This document shows, piece after piece, positions 16,865 through 31,818 of a stretch of 64,000 nt of DNA (positions within the stretch are counted from its first letter, which is position 1; each line of letters starts with the position of its first letter). Both the position numbers and the translations under genes were made by a program. Source of the stretch: the human T2T-CHM13v2.0 reference genome, Homo sapiens; NCBI RefSeq assembly GCF_009914755.1, contig NC_060938.1; one strand, given 5' to 3'. The notes under the pieces are model-generated. The model searched no databases and was not told the origin of the DNA. It saw only the letters and a list, made by a program, of their open reading frames with translations.

Positions 16865-19800
16865 AGTTTATTTTCAATCTCTCCAAATAGATAAAAGCTA
16901 GAATGAAGAGTAAATTCAAGCTGAATCTAGAATACTTGACAATATACGGAATTCATGTATCATAGCAAGGTTATTTCCACAGAATTTATTTAAAATATTG
17001 TTGAATTATAATTTCTTTAGTCATCATTTATTTTGCTTCCAGGATTCATATTTCTAAGCAATGCTCCCCACAGAATTTGTTCATATATCATATATTTATA
17101 ATTCAAATCTTTATATTAATCATGCATTTTTATTTCTTTGTAACAAATATATGTATACAGAATACACTTTAAAATATATACATTTACCATTATTTAGACT
17201 GTCATATTTAACAGTTATTGTCAATTATATTTGTAAGTTTTATTGGTTCATATTTAAAGAAACAAAATGTATTTTGCATTTTGAAATATAATTATGTTAT
17301 CAATTAAAATTGGGAAACTATAATGAGGCACGTAGATTTTTTTAAAAACTATTTTATGCATTCATGATTTAAGATTTTTTTAATGTTATAACAAAATGGG
17401 GTTTAGTGATCCTTAATAACAAAATAAATAAAAGGTATGGGCACTATTATGCAAGGTGTATTTAGTGATTGTTCTTAAGTGCATTATTTCAGTAAAATCC
17501 ATAATGTATTTCTACTAAATCCAAATCCAAGAAAATTCATAGTGGGAATGAACAAATGTGAAGATAAATGGTCCAGGAAGGATAATGATAAACAGTCTTC
17601 CGAGAAGGAAAAAAAGATGCATTCCAATAAACTTGTGGAAAAAGTTATGAAAATGTGCCTCCTATGATTCAGAAAAAAAGAGAAAATATAGTCTCTTATT
17701 TGAAAAATCAATTTCTAATATTTTAGATGTAAATTTGAATTTTTAACTACCTCGTCCATGAAATATGTAACAAAGATACGGATAAATCAAAGTGTTCACT
17801 GAGTATTTTCTCATTACTCAGAATAGTGAAAATTAAAAAAGAATATGTTATAGAAGTTTGTTATTATGTTTCCCAGTATTCTTTTTACAAATTTCAAATA
17901 TTCAGATACTAAGAGAAATGTTGTGTTGATCAGTGGCATGTATTTGTTTTCTGATTGACATAATTTGCTGACGAACAATATTATTGGATACTTTCATTAC
18001 TTTGTCTCATAGGAGCAATGCATAGTTTTATAACACTCAGAAGTCAGAAGATAGAACAGAGAGTTCATTAGCATAAAAACCTTACCTTTCTTGGTCATGG
18101 CTGATGGAAGAGTGTTTATAAAGTAGTAAATAGATTTATACTTATTTTTACATGAAAACCTTTTTCATTTTATGGCTTACTGTCATATTGTACCCAGGAA
18201 AGCATTTGTAGAAAACAAAGTAGATTGAATTCATGTCAAGAACAGTAGGTAAAATGTACTTCTCAAAGTTAATGACTTTAAGGAAAGAAAAATATCATTA
18301 AATACATTTTAAATCAGAGATTAATGGGCATCTTGGTTTTTCAATGTAATTCTTAATCTCAAGAAAATTACTAGAAAAAATTTATTTTAGTGCTAGCTGT
18401 GATTTCCTAGGTATAATTAGAAAATTCTTATCTCTTGAATATAACAGTTTTAATAATATGATTATTCTTTATAAATGAGAACACAATTTAGTACAGAAAT
18501 TATAAAAACAGTGCTTTCTGTTCTGGATATATCTGTATTCCCTTCTGTTTATAAGTTCCCTACTATTTTTGGCACATGAGCAAATGTATTTCACTTTATA
18601 GCCTTTTAATCTTGAAAATGGAGTTTCAAAACATGTAGCAGCTGAAAGCTTCATTGTGCAGCCTCATACATAATCACATAATCCATTGGCAGAGACACAG
18701 AAATGGAATTGAAATAGAATTTTGTAGGGTTAAGCTGGTTTCTTGAACATGCTGGAAATTATAGCTAAGTTTTTTCAAAACTATTTTGAGACTAACAATT
18801 GTATGTGGTTGAAAGAATTTTTTTATCCATGTACAATGCAGATACCTTAGTAGCCCAGTGAAAGAGATGTTTATGTCCTCTTTATTTAGAATGATGAATT
18901 TGTTTATTTTCTCCAGATCCATAATGGAATTCGATGTTATCTGTATAAATCACACAGTGTCAGTGAACTCAGGTGTATGTCCAAGAGTAGGAGAGAAGCT
19001 ATTTCCATCAAACATTCTTTTTTCCTTATTTCATTTCCTTATTCTTTTCCCTCTTTCTCTCTCAACTTCATTTTTTTCCATGTAATATTGATGGCAAAGT
19101 ATATTTACACAAAGTTTTAAATTGAATTAATGAAAATACATGATTATGACATATAAAAATTTAAAAAAAACCAGAATTATACGTGTTAGAAAATGTTTCC
19201 TTATCTCAGACTCTACACTTGAGCCTTGATTGATCCTTTTACTTAATGACACCAGGAAGGAACTACAGTTAACCATCTCTCATGCAAAATTCCAAAAGTA
19301 GTTTTATCTGAAAATACCAGTATATGTATATGTATGTGTATATTTATTAAATTTTAGTTATATATAACTGGTTTATTTCACTCTTTAATATATCTTTAAA
19401 ATGTTTAATATCAGTATGTATCTGTGTGTATATATATATATACACACACATAAGTATATATCTTAATCTATGTCATTTTACATAGAATTCTATACTATGA
19501 TATATTGTTATGACTACAGTTATATTGATGAAGACTTAGAACATTTTGCAATGTCATGCTATTACAGAAAATGCTGAAATTACATTTATTTGTGTATGAG
19601 TGTATGTGTGTATGTGTACCTTGGCACACATACAAGAGTATATATTAACAGTTTGAATGTAACCTAAAATTTCTGATGAATGAGTGTTTTCCATTCTATA
19701 AATTCATATTCCCTCAAAAACATCCAAATATTTTAAATATTTTAATCTTAAACTTAATTAACATTTTCCATGTTCAAATGTAATAAATTGTTTTACAAAC

Positions 19801-19899
19801 TTTTGAAAATGCAGAAAATAATAACAAGAAAAATGCCTGTTCTTCTACTACATATTAATAATGCCTGTTGACATTTGCATTAACTATCTGCCCAGAACT

Positions 19900-20330
19900 T
19901 TTGCAGAGAACATGTTTACTGACATGTAATAGAAACTCAATGGAGTTAACATAAGCTGAAATGAATAATTAAGTAGATGGATAGAAGGTTTGTATTGAGT
20001 TAAGCTCAAGACTGCAGCCAGCGTTCAGACATGGGCTAGATTCACAGACTGAAATGTTCCAAGTTCTTTTATTCGACCTCTGATCTTTACTCCTCTCTGA
20101 GTGTTAGCTTTGTTGATCTCTTTCCCTATGGAACATTTTTCTCCCTTTTCCATATCACCTACCAGATACTATTCTTGACATCTCACAAGTTTACAAGTTG
20201 CTGATATAATTATGGAACAAATTTTTCTCTTTGAGGAGATATTTTTTAAAAAGAAGTATATTGGTTCAGGCAAGGTGAGGTGCTCATGGCTGCCTGCATC
20301 AATCAGTTGTGGTTGGATGGAAAGGAGGGT
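19900..20330 (-). mobile_element. Possible degenerate MLT1 (J/K-like) LTR
   Basis: taatagaaactcaa..., cagcgttcagacatgggctagattc and ttggttcaggcaaggtgaggtgctc weakly resemble old MLT1. Confidence 0.4.
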
Positions 20331-20429
20331 TCTATCATCATTGAGCAGCATTCAGGAAATGAATACTGAAAATTTGGGTAGAGTGATACCTAATTACAAA
20401 AAGAGTTCATTTTTTTTTTTTGCCGTGAA

Positions 20430-20850
20430 ATAATTCAATGCATGCCTTCTGTAATTACTTAGTTTTCATATGTTAACAATATGTTCTTAACATATTTTCA
20501 TATTGCTGAATATATGTTATACATCACACAGTATTTTACTACATGAACATGTGACATTATTTAACCAGTTTTACATTTAGCATTTAGGGTGCTTAAACTT
20601 TATATCCTTGTAGGTAGTGTTTTATATGTAACCATTATTATTTTCCTAAGACAAATGAACAGAAAGCAGAATTGATAGATCAATGTGTATGCATATTTTT
20701 ATACATGTATATATTATCAAATATCTGTTTTCCACCAGAAATGTTGTGACAATTTGTTCTCTCATCAACATTTAAGAGTACCTATTCCCTATCCATACAC
20801 TAACATCATTATGATAGAAATATCTTGATCTTAAAGTAACATATCTTTGG
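20430..20850 (-). mobile_element. L1ME-type fragment
   Basis: gcagaattgatagatcaa...tccaccagaaatgttgtgacaatttgttctctcatcaaca resembles old L1 3' region. Confidence 0.55.
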
Positions 20851-21569
20851 CAATACATATTTGAAGCAAACATTTTTCTTATTATTTGGCCTTGATAAAC
20901 CTCTACTAATTTTCTCTAATCTAGAGAGGCAGTATTTTTCTTTGGCTCCCTGTTTTATTCTTGCATCCCAATAGTATGTAACTATTTGGACAAAATGTGT
21001 GCACAATCAAATAATTGGACTTTATTCCTGCAAAATTTCCCAAGGTGGTGAAAATACAGAAATGAACTTTGCCCCTGCTTTACTATCTGTCTGTTAGGAA
21101 TAAAATGAATATTACAAGCTTCTTGAATTGTTAAACATCTTTGTTTAAAAATACACAAAAGCAATTAGTTATTCATGTATGCCTTACTGGTCTCAGAGAT
21201 AACTTTTGTAACAAGGACAAAATTAGATTTATTTACTCTCATCATCATTTGTACTTGTTTTATCTGGAGATGTGCTCTTTCAGACTATTGATTTAACAAC
21301 TTGGTACATTTTACTCTGGGATTTGTCTAAGAAAGACAGTAAGAAAAGGAATATAATAGTTCTAAGTTAATGGAAACATCAGCAGATTGATTTCGTTCTA
21401 TTTTTATATTTTCTCTACTTTTTGAAACTTTGTTATGCAAAATTCACCAGTAGAAGACTGAATATAGTAATTCAGAATAATTCATTTACCCTTGCAACAT
21501 GTATGCAAAAATATCTGATATAAATAAAAATTGATATGTGAGAAAATTCATTTCATCTGAAAATAGATC

Positions 21570-23196
21570 ATTATTGACAAATAACAATTTTATATATTTA
21601 AAGTATACAATATGATGTTTTGATACACACAGACATTGTGAAATGATTATCATAATCAAGCTAATTAACATATGCCTCACCTCACATAGTTTCTGTAAAG
21701 TGAGAAGAGTTAAGATCTACTCTCTTAGCAATTTTCAAGTATATAATACATTATAATTAATTATAGTAAACATGCTGTATATTAAGTCTCCTGAACATAT
21801 TCCCTTATAGCAGAAACTTTGTACCCTTTGACCAACAACTCTTGCATCCTGAAGCACTCCCAGCCTCTACCAGTGACTATTCTACCGTCTGCTTCTATGA
21901 GTTTGTCTTTTTTAGATTCCACATGTAAGTGAGATCTTGTAGGATTTGTCTGTGTGTATTTGACTTTTTCACTTAGCATAATGCTCTCCAGGTTCATCCA
22001 TGTTGCAAATGACAAGATTTCCTTCTTTTTTAAGGCTGAATAATATCCTATTGTGGGTATTTCTATTCATTTATCTATCTATCTTCTATGGATCTGTCTG
22101 TCTATCTATCTAGCTGACATTTTCTTTCTTCATTCATCTATTGATTAACACTTAGGCTGTTTCCATATCTTGGCTGTTGTGAATAATGCTGCAATGAACA
22201 TGGGAGTACAAATATTTCTATGAGATACTAATTTTATTCCCTTTGAATATATATGCAGAAATGAGATTGCTAGACAATATGGTAGTCCTATTTTTAATTT
22301 TTTGAGAAAGCTCTACAGTATTTTCCGTAACAGTGTATAAGGGTTCGCTTTCCTCCATATCTTTGCCAGCACTTGTTATCTTTAGACTTTTTGATAATAG
22401 CCATTCTAACACTGTGAGCTGATATCTCATTGTAGTTGTAATTTGCATTTTCCAGATGATTAGTGATGCTGAGCACCCTTGTATATACCTATTGGCCATG
22501 CATCTTCTTCAGAAATACATCTATTCAGATCCTTTGCCCATTTTAAAATAGGTTATTTTATTTTGCTATTAAGTTGCATGTGTTCCTTATATGTTGCGTA
22601 TACTAATCTATCATTAATATATCATTTATAAATATTTTCTCTCATTCTATTAGTTGCCTTTGTATTTTTATTTTCCTTTGTTCTGCAGATACATTTTAGT
22701 TTGATGTAGTCCCACTTGTTTATTGTTGCTTTTGTTGCCTCTGCTTTTGGTGTCATATTCAAAAAATAATTGCCAAGACCAATGTCATAGAGCTCGACCT
22801 CTATGTTTTTTTCCAGGAGTTTTACAGTTCCACGTCTTATGTTTAAGTCTTTAACTCATTTTATGTTGTTTCTGTGTTTGGTGTGGGATAAGAATCCACT
22901 TTCATTTTTTATTTTTTTGCATGTAGATATCCAATTTTCTCAACACCATTATTTGAAAATACTATCCTTTCCCCGTCATGTAATTTTGTCATCTTTGTTG
23001 AAGATGAGTTGATCACATATGTTGTGGGTTTATTTCTGGGATTTCTATTCCACTCCATTGTCTAGATATCTGGTTTCATGCCACTATCATACCGTTTTGA
23101 TTAATATAACTTCACAATGTAATTTGAAAACAGGACGTGTGATGCCTCCAGCTTTATTCTTTTTTCTCAAGATTGTTTAAGCTATTTAGGGTCTTG
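21570..23196 (-). mobile_element. L1MA-type 3' portion
   Basis: tgtgaaatgattatcataatcaagctaattaacata 3'UTR; ORF2 C-terminal remnants (ORFs 21782-22015, 22218-22499). Confidence 0.88.
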
Positions 23197-23441
23197 GAAA
23201 TCATTGAAACTTTAAAAAATTAATATTATGATATGATTGCTAACTTAATTGCTCATATAATTTATATTATAATATGAATACTAATACATAATTACTAGTT
23301 TACTTCATTGCACTTAATAACTAATACCTTAGTAACAATCTTAGTCATCATGTATTCTATTAAAATAGCTATTTTAAAATTTAAAACTGAAAAAGCCATA
23401 GATTTTGAGTATAGAATTTACAGTAAAAATCCATAGGTATG

Positions 23442-23799
<358 letters not shown>

Positions 23800-25574
23800 C
23801 TATATGAATTTGAACACTCTAACTCTTATTGTTTCAGCATGTTAAAATGCTTTATTTAAAGAAATTTTTTTCTAAAGCCCCATGAACTTAAACCTTTCTT
23901 CAAAATTTCAAAAACAATAATTTCAGATTTCTCTGTAGGCTTCATAAAGCCAATATGCATTCGTTAACATGGTGCCATTATGGGAGTTTCCAAGAAGGTT
24001 CCCATTACCATGCAGTGCTCTAAAGTGCATTTTTAGACAAGTTTGATTTGTGAATAAGTCAGTATTATTACTATGTGTAACATCAGAAACAATTAAAGTG
24101 AATTTTTAACTTTTTAGAGGGTTACACATAGAATTATTACTCAGTGAATTATTTAGAGAACATTTTGTGTGTTGCAGCACTTTACCAAAAAGTGTAACCT
24201 ATTAAACCCATTCAGAAGAAATATTAGGATTCGTTTGGATTTGCCAAAACAGTGGGCGACCTCACATTTCTTTTTTATCCACCTCCCTCCTGCTCATTTA
24301 AAAAATATATAATATGAATTTGTCATCTTTCTTGGTATGTATCTATGTGTAACGTGTATGTGTATGAGGGGGCACTTGTGGTGAAGCCAGCTGTGCCACT
24401 GAAGGAAGTTCAGGTTTTAGCCCCATGCTTCTCTGGAAAATCAGAAAGTTAATACTCACTTGAGTCTTTTTGTTGCTTTTCCAGGATACAAAATTGATTG
24501 GAAATATGTGGCCAATTTACATGATCTTTGCGCAGCATGCCATTCATCCCTATAGAGGCCATATGAATCCATTACGAACCGAATTGGGCTTACTGGCAGT
24601 TATACCCTTTTGCCTACTGTTATCCCTTGTACCTCTAGCAAGTAAAGGAAACGATAGTGAGAAGGAAGTCAAAAGTTGTTTTATCAATGTAATTTACTCT
24701 CGTGCAGACAAAAATCAGGAAATGGTCAGACAGCTAGGTTAAGGGGATTATGATATATTGTAAGTTCAGTTAGCAATCATAAATTTGTGATACTTGGGTC
24801 TTAGTGCTTCCCTGAATGACCTGGAAAATAATTTTAAAATGGCAAAATGATGAATAATAGTTTACTTCATTGCACTATCAGGCAAGAATCTAAAACGTAG
24901 ACCTGCTCCATCACTCAGATGTTTTAAAATCACCTGGAAAGAAATTAATGTTTATTTGATTATCTACTCTCTGAAAATTAAAATTCTAAGGAAAAGGAAA
25001 GCAGCCCCCCATTTGTTTAAGGAAATTAAATCTTCACTACATGAGTGCCTGATTCTTTTTACAAGTACAACTTTTTAATTGGAGAGACATGATTTTTTTC
25101 ATTTGATATATATCTGGTTTCAATGTGCCATGGAAACAAATGAGCAAGAACATTTTAAGGTCCCTTTGAATAACAGCCATAGAAGTGAATTACAATCATT
25201 CCTACTTCTGAAATAGATAAAATTTTTGTTAAAGTAAAATCTTAATAATATCACATTCAAGACTTCAATGCTTACATCTATGCATGATTTAATCATTTTA
25301 CTATGTACATATTGCAGCCAAATATTTGTGTTAATCATATTCTTTTCTTTGGATGTTATGTTTAGTGGCCCATTTTTATCAAAGAAACATCTATGGTAAG
25401 CTCTTTCCTTTCCTTTGGGTTTTGAACTTCAAAGTTCTGCACTACTAAAAATTTACGGCATTTTTTTTTAAAGCAAACAACTTTCTTTGTTCTTTATTTG
25501 CATGTGTGTGTACGTGTTTTACCTGCTAATTTCTTTTTAAGATTCCTCATATTATATTGAAATTAATAATGTGG

Positions 25575-26380
25575 GGCCAGGGAAAAAATACTAACTTGTT
25601 TTCTGTACTATAGTTTGCTTTCTATGGAATTTTAAAAAATGCATTTTTATGGTATGTACTCTATATTTCCTGGTTTCTCTTACTCGGAGTAATTATTTTG
25701 AGATTCGATTATGTTGAAACATGCATTATGAGTTCATGTCTTTGCTGAATACTATTCCATAATGGAGTTTGTTTTTCCATTTGCTTGTTGATAGACTTTT
25801 GGGATGTTTCTAGTTTTGCAGTATCAGAAGGAAGGTGCTGTGAACACTCATGTATACATCTTTGCATGAACCTGTACTGTATTTTCTCTTAGGTAAAGGC
25901 TTAGCAATGTCATGGCTGGAACATAAACAATTTCCTTAAACAATTTCCTTTTTCAGTGGTCTTTCTGAAGATCCGTGTTTCCTGCTGGCATTATTTTTCT
26001 TCTGCCAGACAGAGTTTTTTAACATACTTTCTGTATCAAGGATGTGCTTTTGGGGATTTTTTTAAAGTTTTATATATCTTAAAATGTCTATATTTCACCT
26101 TAATATCTAAAAGATAGTTGCAAAAAATATAAATTTTAGGTTGCCAATATTGGCAACCTAAACATAACATATCATTCTACTGTTTTCTTACTTGCATTGT
26201 TTTTGGAAAAAAAGAAATCTGCTTTTCATCCTTGGCTTTGTCTTACCTGTGCAGATCTTTTTACCCTGTCAGCTTTAAAGATTTTGTCTTTATAAATGGT
26301 TTCAAAGAATTTGAATTGGATGAGCCTTAGTGTGGTTTTCATATTTTGTACTTGAGGTACATTGAGCAGGATTGTGTCTC
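25575..26380 (-). mobile_element. L1ME-type fragments
   Basis: tttgctgaatactattccat, gctgtgaacactcatgtatacatctttg; ORF1-region-like tatttcaccttaata. Confidence 0.55.
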
Positions 26381-26519
26381 AGTCCATAAACATTTAATTC
26401 CTGCTCCTCTCTAGTTCACTAAAATTCTTACCAACATCACCAATTTTTTTTGTATTTCCATATCCACTAAACAGTTTATTGTGTTTCATATATGTCTTGC
26501 TCTCTAAGCAGTGCTTGAA

Positions 26520-26830
26520 AAATGTGGAACTTTGTCCTCCTTAACATCCTATGCTCCTGATTTTTTCTGCTTCTGTGTCTAAGCCTACTCAATCTCCTCT
26601 GTGGATGTCTCTTCTTCTTTTGCTCCTTTACATATTGGTATTCCTTCTGCAGAGTTACTTTTTCTTTCTCACTCTATTTTTTCTGATACCCATTGTCTTC
26701 TCTTTTTCAACTGCCAATTACATACTGATGACCATCTGAACTATCTATTCTAAATTCCAGATGTGCATATCCATTTGTCTATTCTACATTTCTACATGGA
26801 TGTTTCTCATCATCCTCCTCAAATTCAGCC
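26520..26830 (+). mobile_element. L2 LINE fragment
   Basis: catactgatgacc...tccagatgtgcatatccatttgtctattctacatttctacatggatgt resembles the L2 core. Confidence 0.6.
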
Positions 26831-29204
26831 ATCTCCTCCTCAAACTCAGAAAATATTACACTTAGCACACTATCATCCCGTTAATTTGACTACTTCCACA
26901 GTGCTCTCTGCTTCTGGGTGCTAAGTAAATGTGTATAATTACAGGCTGCCCTTAATTATCCTTTCTGGGGGTGCCCACTGAACTACTTAATTTAATATAC
27001 CTGCAAAACACTTTTGTATCTAACCTAAGTCCCAGCTCTAACCTCTCTTGGCTAGTATTGTATGCTGCCATTTTTAGTCTGGAAATGACCATGAATAAAC
27101 TTCTATGTTGCTATGTAAATCTAGTATTAATATTGCATGAAATATGAAATCATTATATACATATATTTTTGAAATATATTACATTTATTAGAGTAAGGGT
27201 TTTATAAAAATTGTAATCAGGATTGTCAAGCATGCTAAGAATTCAATAATTATTTCTAGATAATATGGTTAATAGACACGTACTTAGATATGTCTTAAAG
27301 TTTTCAGGATGTGTATACTGAAACATGCTAGCACAATATAGTATAATTTTTTAATATTTCTGGCATTTATGTTATTAAGCATTTGTTTGTCTTTTAGCTG
27401 GATTTTGCTGTTTTGTTTTTAAGTAAACAGCTGTTGATTCAACTTAATGTAACTAACCCTATATTGACATAAATGTCATTGTTTGCCTTTCAAACTTTGA
27501 CATTTCAAAGTAATTGAAATTGTGAATAAATTATCTTTGCATGATTTTATTTATATAGAAGTTAAATTATATTATTACTTCAAATGTAATGCAAATAGAT
27601 TTTGCATTAAATGTAATAGATTATATTATAATTATAACAATATATTATTTCAAATTTACAAATGGATTTCAAAACTTTAATATTGCTATTTAAGAACCTA
27701 TGTCATATCTTTGATGGCCCACAAAAATTTTCTATTCTTTATCAGAGCTAAACAATTATAAAGAATAAACTAATGCCTTTTACTTACTCTTTTAAAAATA
27801 AATAAAATTCTCATATAATAAGTAATAGATATAAGTAATGGTAAAATATATTTCTTCAGTATATTTCTATCACTTAAATTCCTAGTTATTCTTGAATAAA
27901 TATAATGAGAAATATTTTGGCATACTATTATTAGCCTATGTTAACCAATGGAAACATATTATAATGGCACTTTTTCAAGACAAAACTGACTGTGAAGATT
28001 AAAGTCTCATTTATTGTACATTCATTTCACTAGTTTGTGTAAAACTTGGAAAATACATCAAAGTAAAAACAGATTGAGTCAAAACTCACATAAATGCCCT
28101 GACTTCGAATATTTTACAATCTAGGGGTCAGGAGGTTGAAAGAGGAGACAAACATTGACACTTACAATACATTCTAATTAGCTTGGGAGGCTTATGTGGG
28201 TTTGAGATAACATAAGTCAATTAAAATTAAATAACATAAAACAGCCTTCTAAAAGCCAACCTTATAGTGTGGCATAAACAGCATACTTTGTGATAAGGGA
28301 GATATGAACAGTTAAAGATATAGGTAAAACAGAAAAAAAATGGATCTCATCCAATTTGTAGTCATCACAATAGAAATATTACAGAATAATATTTAAGATA
28401 AATTTTTGGTAAAATTTTTTACATAAAGGTTTGTAGTGAACAGAAAATATATTTATATAAACAGATGTAAACCAGGGAAGGTAAAATTTAGGAGAGACAG
28501 ATAATTCATATTTTAAAGAGGTAAGATTTTGAATTGTTGAATAAATAGAAATAAAGCAAGAAGAGAAATTTTGAAGGATATTGGGATGAACAATTCAAAT
28601 GATATTTAGACTTTGTTGGAAAGTAAAGAATCAAACACTTAATGTTTTTGAGTGTGGAGTAAACACAAAGTGGTACTTTTGAAGACACTAATTGGATAAC
28701 ATTGTGCAAAGTTCACTGAAGCATTTGAGAGTGGAAAATGAAGACAATCCGGATGAAATTATCATAATAGTCTACACATTAATTAGTCATGACCTTCAGG
28801 ATGAATGGCCACCAACAAAAGGGATGAGTGGCACTGTACAAATTGAATAAACTTCCTTTTGAATATCTAAGCTAATTCCAAATATTTTTCTTCTTAGTAT
28901 ATATGAATACATATTTTTCTATTTGTTGAAAGACTACATTACATTTTATAGCACCATAGAATGAATTAATAACATATTTAGTTAAAATATGTCTTACACT
29001 ATAGATAAGAAATATTTTGCTATTTTTTCTCAATGGAACATTAGAAAGACCTTTTTATTTGACAATAAAAAGATAAAAAGACAATGAAGTAAGCTGAGAT
29101 GCATATTTTGGTTAAAATGGAAGGTAGGACATAAAATAGAACAAGGAAACAAAAAATACACTAATGGATTTAAATCCTGTGTCAGAGACAGTAAATAGCC
29201 CAGT

Positions 29205-30175
29205 TATGAAAATCATATTTCTACACACAATAAAGAACATGAAAATGAAATTAAGAAAGCAATTTCATTTATAATAGCACCAAGGAGAAGAAAATACTTG
29301 AATAAATTTCACAAAAGAAGTACAAAACTGACTCTGTAAAGAATAAAATATTGTTAAAAAAATTAAAGAAGTCCAGAATAAATGGAAAGACATACCGTGT
29401 TCATGAATCAGGAAAGTTACTATTGTTAAGATGGCCATACTCTACAGATTCAACAAAATCACTATCAAAAATCCCAGCTGATACTTTTTAGTAATTGACA
29501 AGCTAATCCTAAAATTCACATGTACAGCAAAACACCCAGAATAGTCAAAAACAGTCTTGAAAATAAAAATCATAGGAGTATGCACACTTCTCAATTTGAA
29601 AACTTACTACAAAGCTACAATAATGAAGATACTGAGTTACTGGTATGGGAATAGACACATAGATCAATCAAATAGAATCAAGAGTTCAGTAATAAAGAAT
29701 AATATTTAAAGTCAATTGATTTTTGGCAAAGTACTAAGAATATCTAATGGAGAAAGAACAGTCTTTCAACACATAGAAAAGTACTAGGAGAACTCTGTCT
29801 ACATTCAAAAGAACAAAGTTGGACTTCTCCCTCACTACATATGCAGAAATTAACTTAAAATGTACCACAGACCTAAATATAAGAGCTAACACTATAAAAG
29901 TCCTAGAAAAAATTATAGAAGTGATCTTTGGGACCTTGTGTTATGCAAAACATTTATAGATATGATGATAAAAGCAAAAGTACCAAACACATATAAACTA
30001 GACTTTATCAAAATTAAATCTTTTTTACTTGTTTATTTATACCATCAATAAAGTAAAACTATGAGCCACAGAATATGGGAAAATATTCACACAAATCATA
30101 TATTTAATAAAGGACTTGCAGTTAAACCATATTAAAAACTTTATGAATTAGCAATAATTCAATTAAAAATGGGCT
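29205..30175 (+). mobile_element. L1M ORF2 fragment
   Basis: aataaatggaaagacataccgtgttcatg, cttactacaaagctacaataatgaag and aattcaattaaaaatggg are collinear with L1 ORF2. Confidence 0.82.
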
Positions 30176-30585
30176 TTTTGAGTCAAAAAATAAAAAAACA
30201 TAAACTTATCAATAGAATTATCCAACAAGTTAATGGAGGTTAGACTGAACAATTATCACTATGCCTAAAGGCAAAAATAACTGTTGTTATGAAGTAGAAG
30301 TTCCTGGCTGTTACTTCTTTTCTTCCTCAAGAAAATTTATAATGATATTCCATGTCAATCTGTTTATAAAACATATAACAGAGAGAAGAGAGTAATAGCA
30401 AATGAGAAAATGGAAAGAACTAAGACTTACTGACTTTCCAGTTATGCTATCTAAGATAAAACTCTTTAATTATTTAGATTTCCTAAGTAAGAATAGCAGT
30501 CATAGAGTAATACTTTTCTGCGATAATCAATGCTGGGAAAGTGAAATAATTTAGAAGTTCCCTAAATTCTACATGAAGGAAAAAA

Positions 30586-30660
30586 ATAGAGAGACAGACA
30601 GACATACAGATAGATAGATATAGATATAGATAGATATAGATATATAGATATAGAGAGAGG
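30586..30660. repeat. GACA/GATA/TAGA compound microsatellite
   Basis: Seen directly. Confidence 0.85.
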
Positions 30661-30825
30661 AGAAAAACAGAAGAAGGTTAAAAATCAGAAAATTTTGTAA
30701 AAATAAAGGAAGAGAAGAGAATGAAAAGGGAAGGACTAGAAAGTAAATTATGAGATTAAAGCAGGAAGACAAAAACGAGAGGAAGAAGGTTCAATTTTAA
30801 GTGTGAAAAGAAAATCCAAAAAAGA

Positions 30826-31260
30826 CGGTTATGCCAGCAATGTCTAAAACAGAGCTGGGAAAGCTTAAGGAGCTGGACTCCAGTCAAGCATACACCTGGA
30901 TGAAATTTGACCTGTTAAACTGGGCCAAATTGTAAAACCAGCTGCATGAGATTGCAACTGTTTATATGGCCTGATCACCAACGTACTGGGGAGACAGCTG
31001 TGATGAACTAGATGTATCATTAGCTAAAGAAAACTTAAGGTATTAAACAGCCATCATTGATCATGGACTGCTAAAACCTTTCAGATATAAAAACTTACAG
31101 TAAACCTTTCTAAGCTCCTGCCCAACCTATACTGATGGAAAATGATTTAGCTGCTTGCTATACCTGTGTCTCCTCAATTGCAATACCTAATACCCCAATT
31201 AAAATGTGTCTCTTTTGTTTGCTGCCCTGCAGTGTTGGTTTTCTTTCTTAATAGTTGACA
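30826..31260 (+). mobile_element. Probable old ERV solo LTR (family not determined)
   Basis: About 435 bp, GC-richer than flanks, TATA-like tataaaa near 31086, attaaa near 31198, ends in ...agttgaca; no clear TSD. Confidence 0.45.
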
Positions 31261-31349
31261 TAAATATTATTTTCTTCCCTACAAAGCTCAACATGTTCTA
31301 AGTAGAAATGTTTGTTATCATTTCTTTTTCTTTTTCCTCTTTGTGTTTA

Positions 31350-31818
31350 TGTTTTTAATTGACTAATAAAATTTGTATATATTTACTGTGAACAACATGT
31401 TTTGAAATATGTACACATTGTGGAATGGCTAAATCAGGCTAAATAACATGTGCATTACATCATGCATTTATTATTTTTTATAATGAGCACACTTAAAATA
31501 TACTCTTAGCAATTTTCAAGAATGCAATATATTGATTATTAACTATAGTCATGATGTTGTACAATAGATCTCTTGAATTTATTTCTCCTGTCTAACTGAA
31601 GTTTTGTATCTTTTGATAAACATCTCCCAACTCCACCTCCCCACTCTCAGACCCTGGTAACCACCATTCTACTCTCTTCTTCTATGAGTTTCACTTTTTT
31701 AGATTCCACATATAAGTGAGATCATGTGATTTGTCCTTCTGTGCCTGGTTTATTACACTTAATGTCCTCCAGGTTCATATATGTTGTTGCCAATGAGAGG
31801 ATTTACTTCTTTTTTAAC
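31350..31818 (-). mobile_element. L1MA 3'UTR fragment
   Basis: Homologous to 21570-22030 (tactcttagcaattttcaag, ttagattccacatataagtgagatc). Confidence 0.85.

Noticed and set aside
25925-25950. Short tandem duplications (also about 2895-2922, 26812-26849, 55200-55236)
   Set aside because: Two-copy replication-slippage duplications, common in mammalian DNA.
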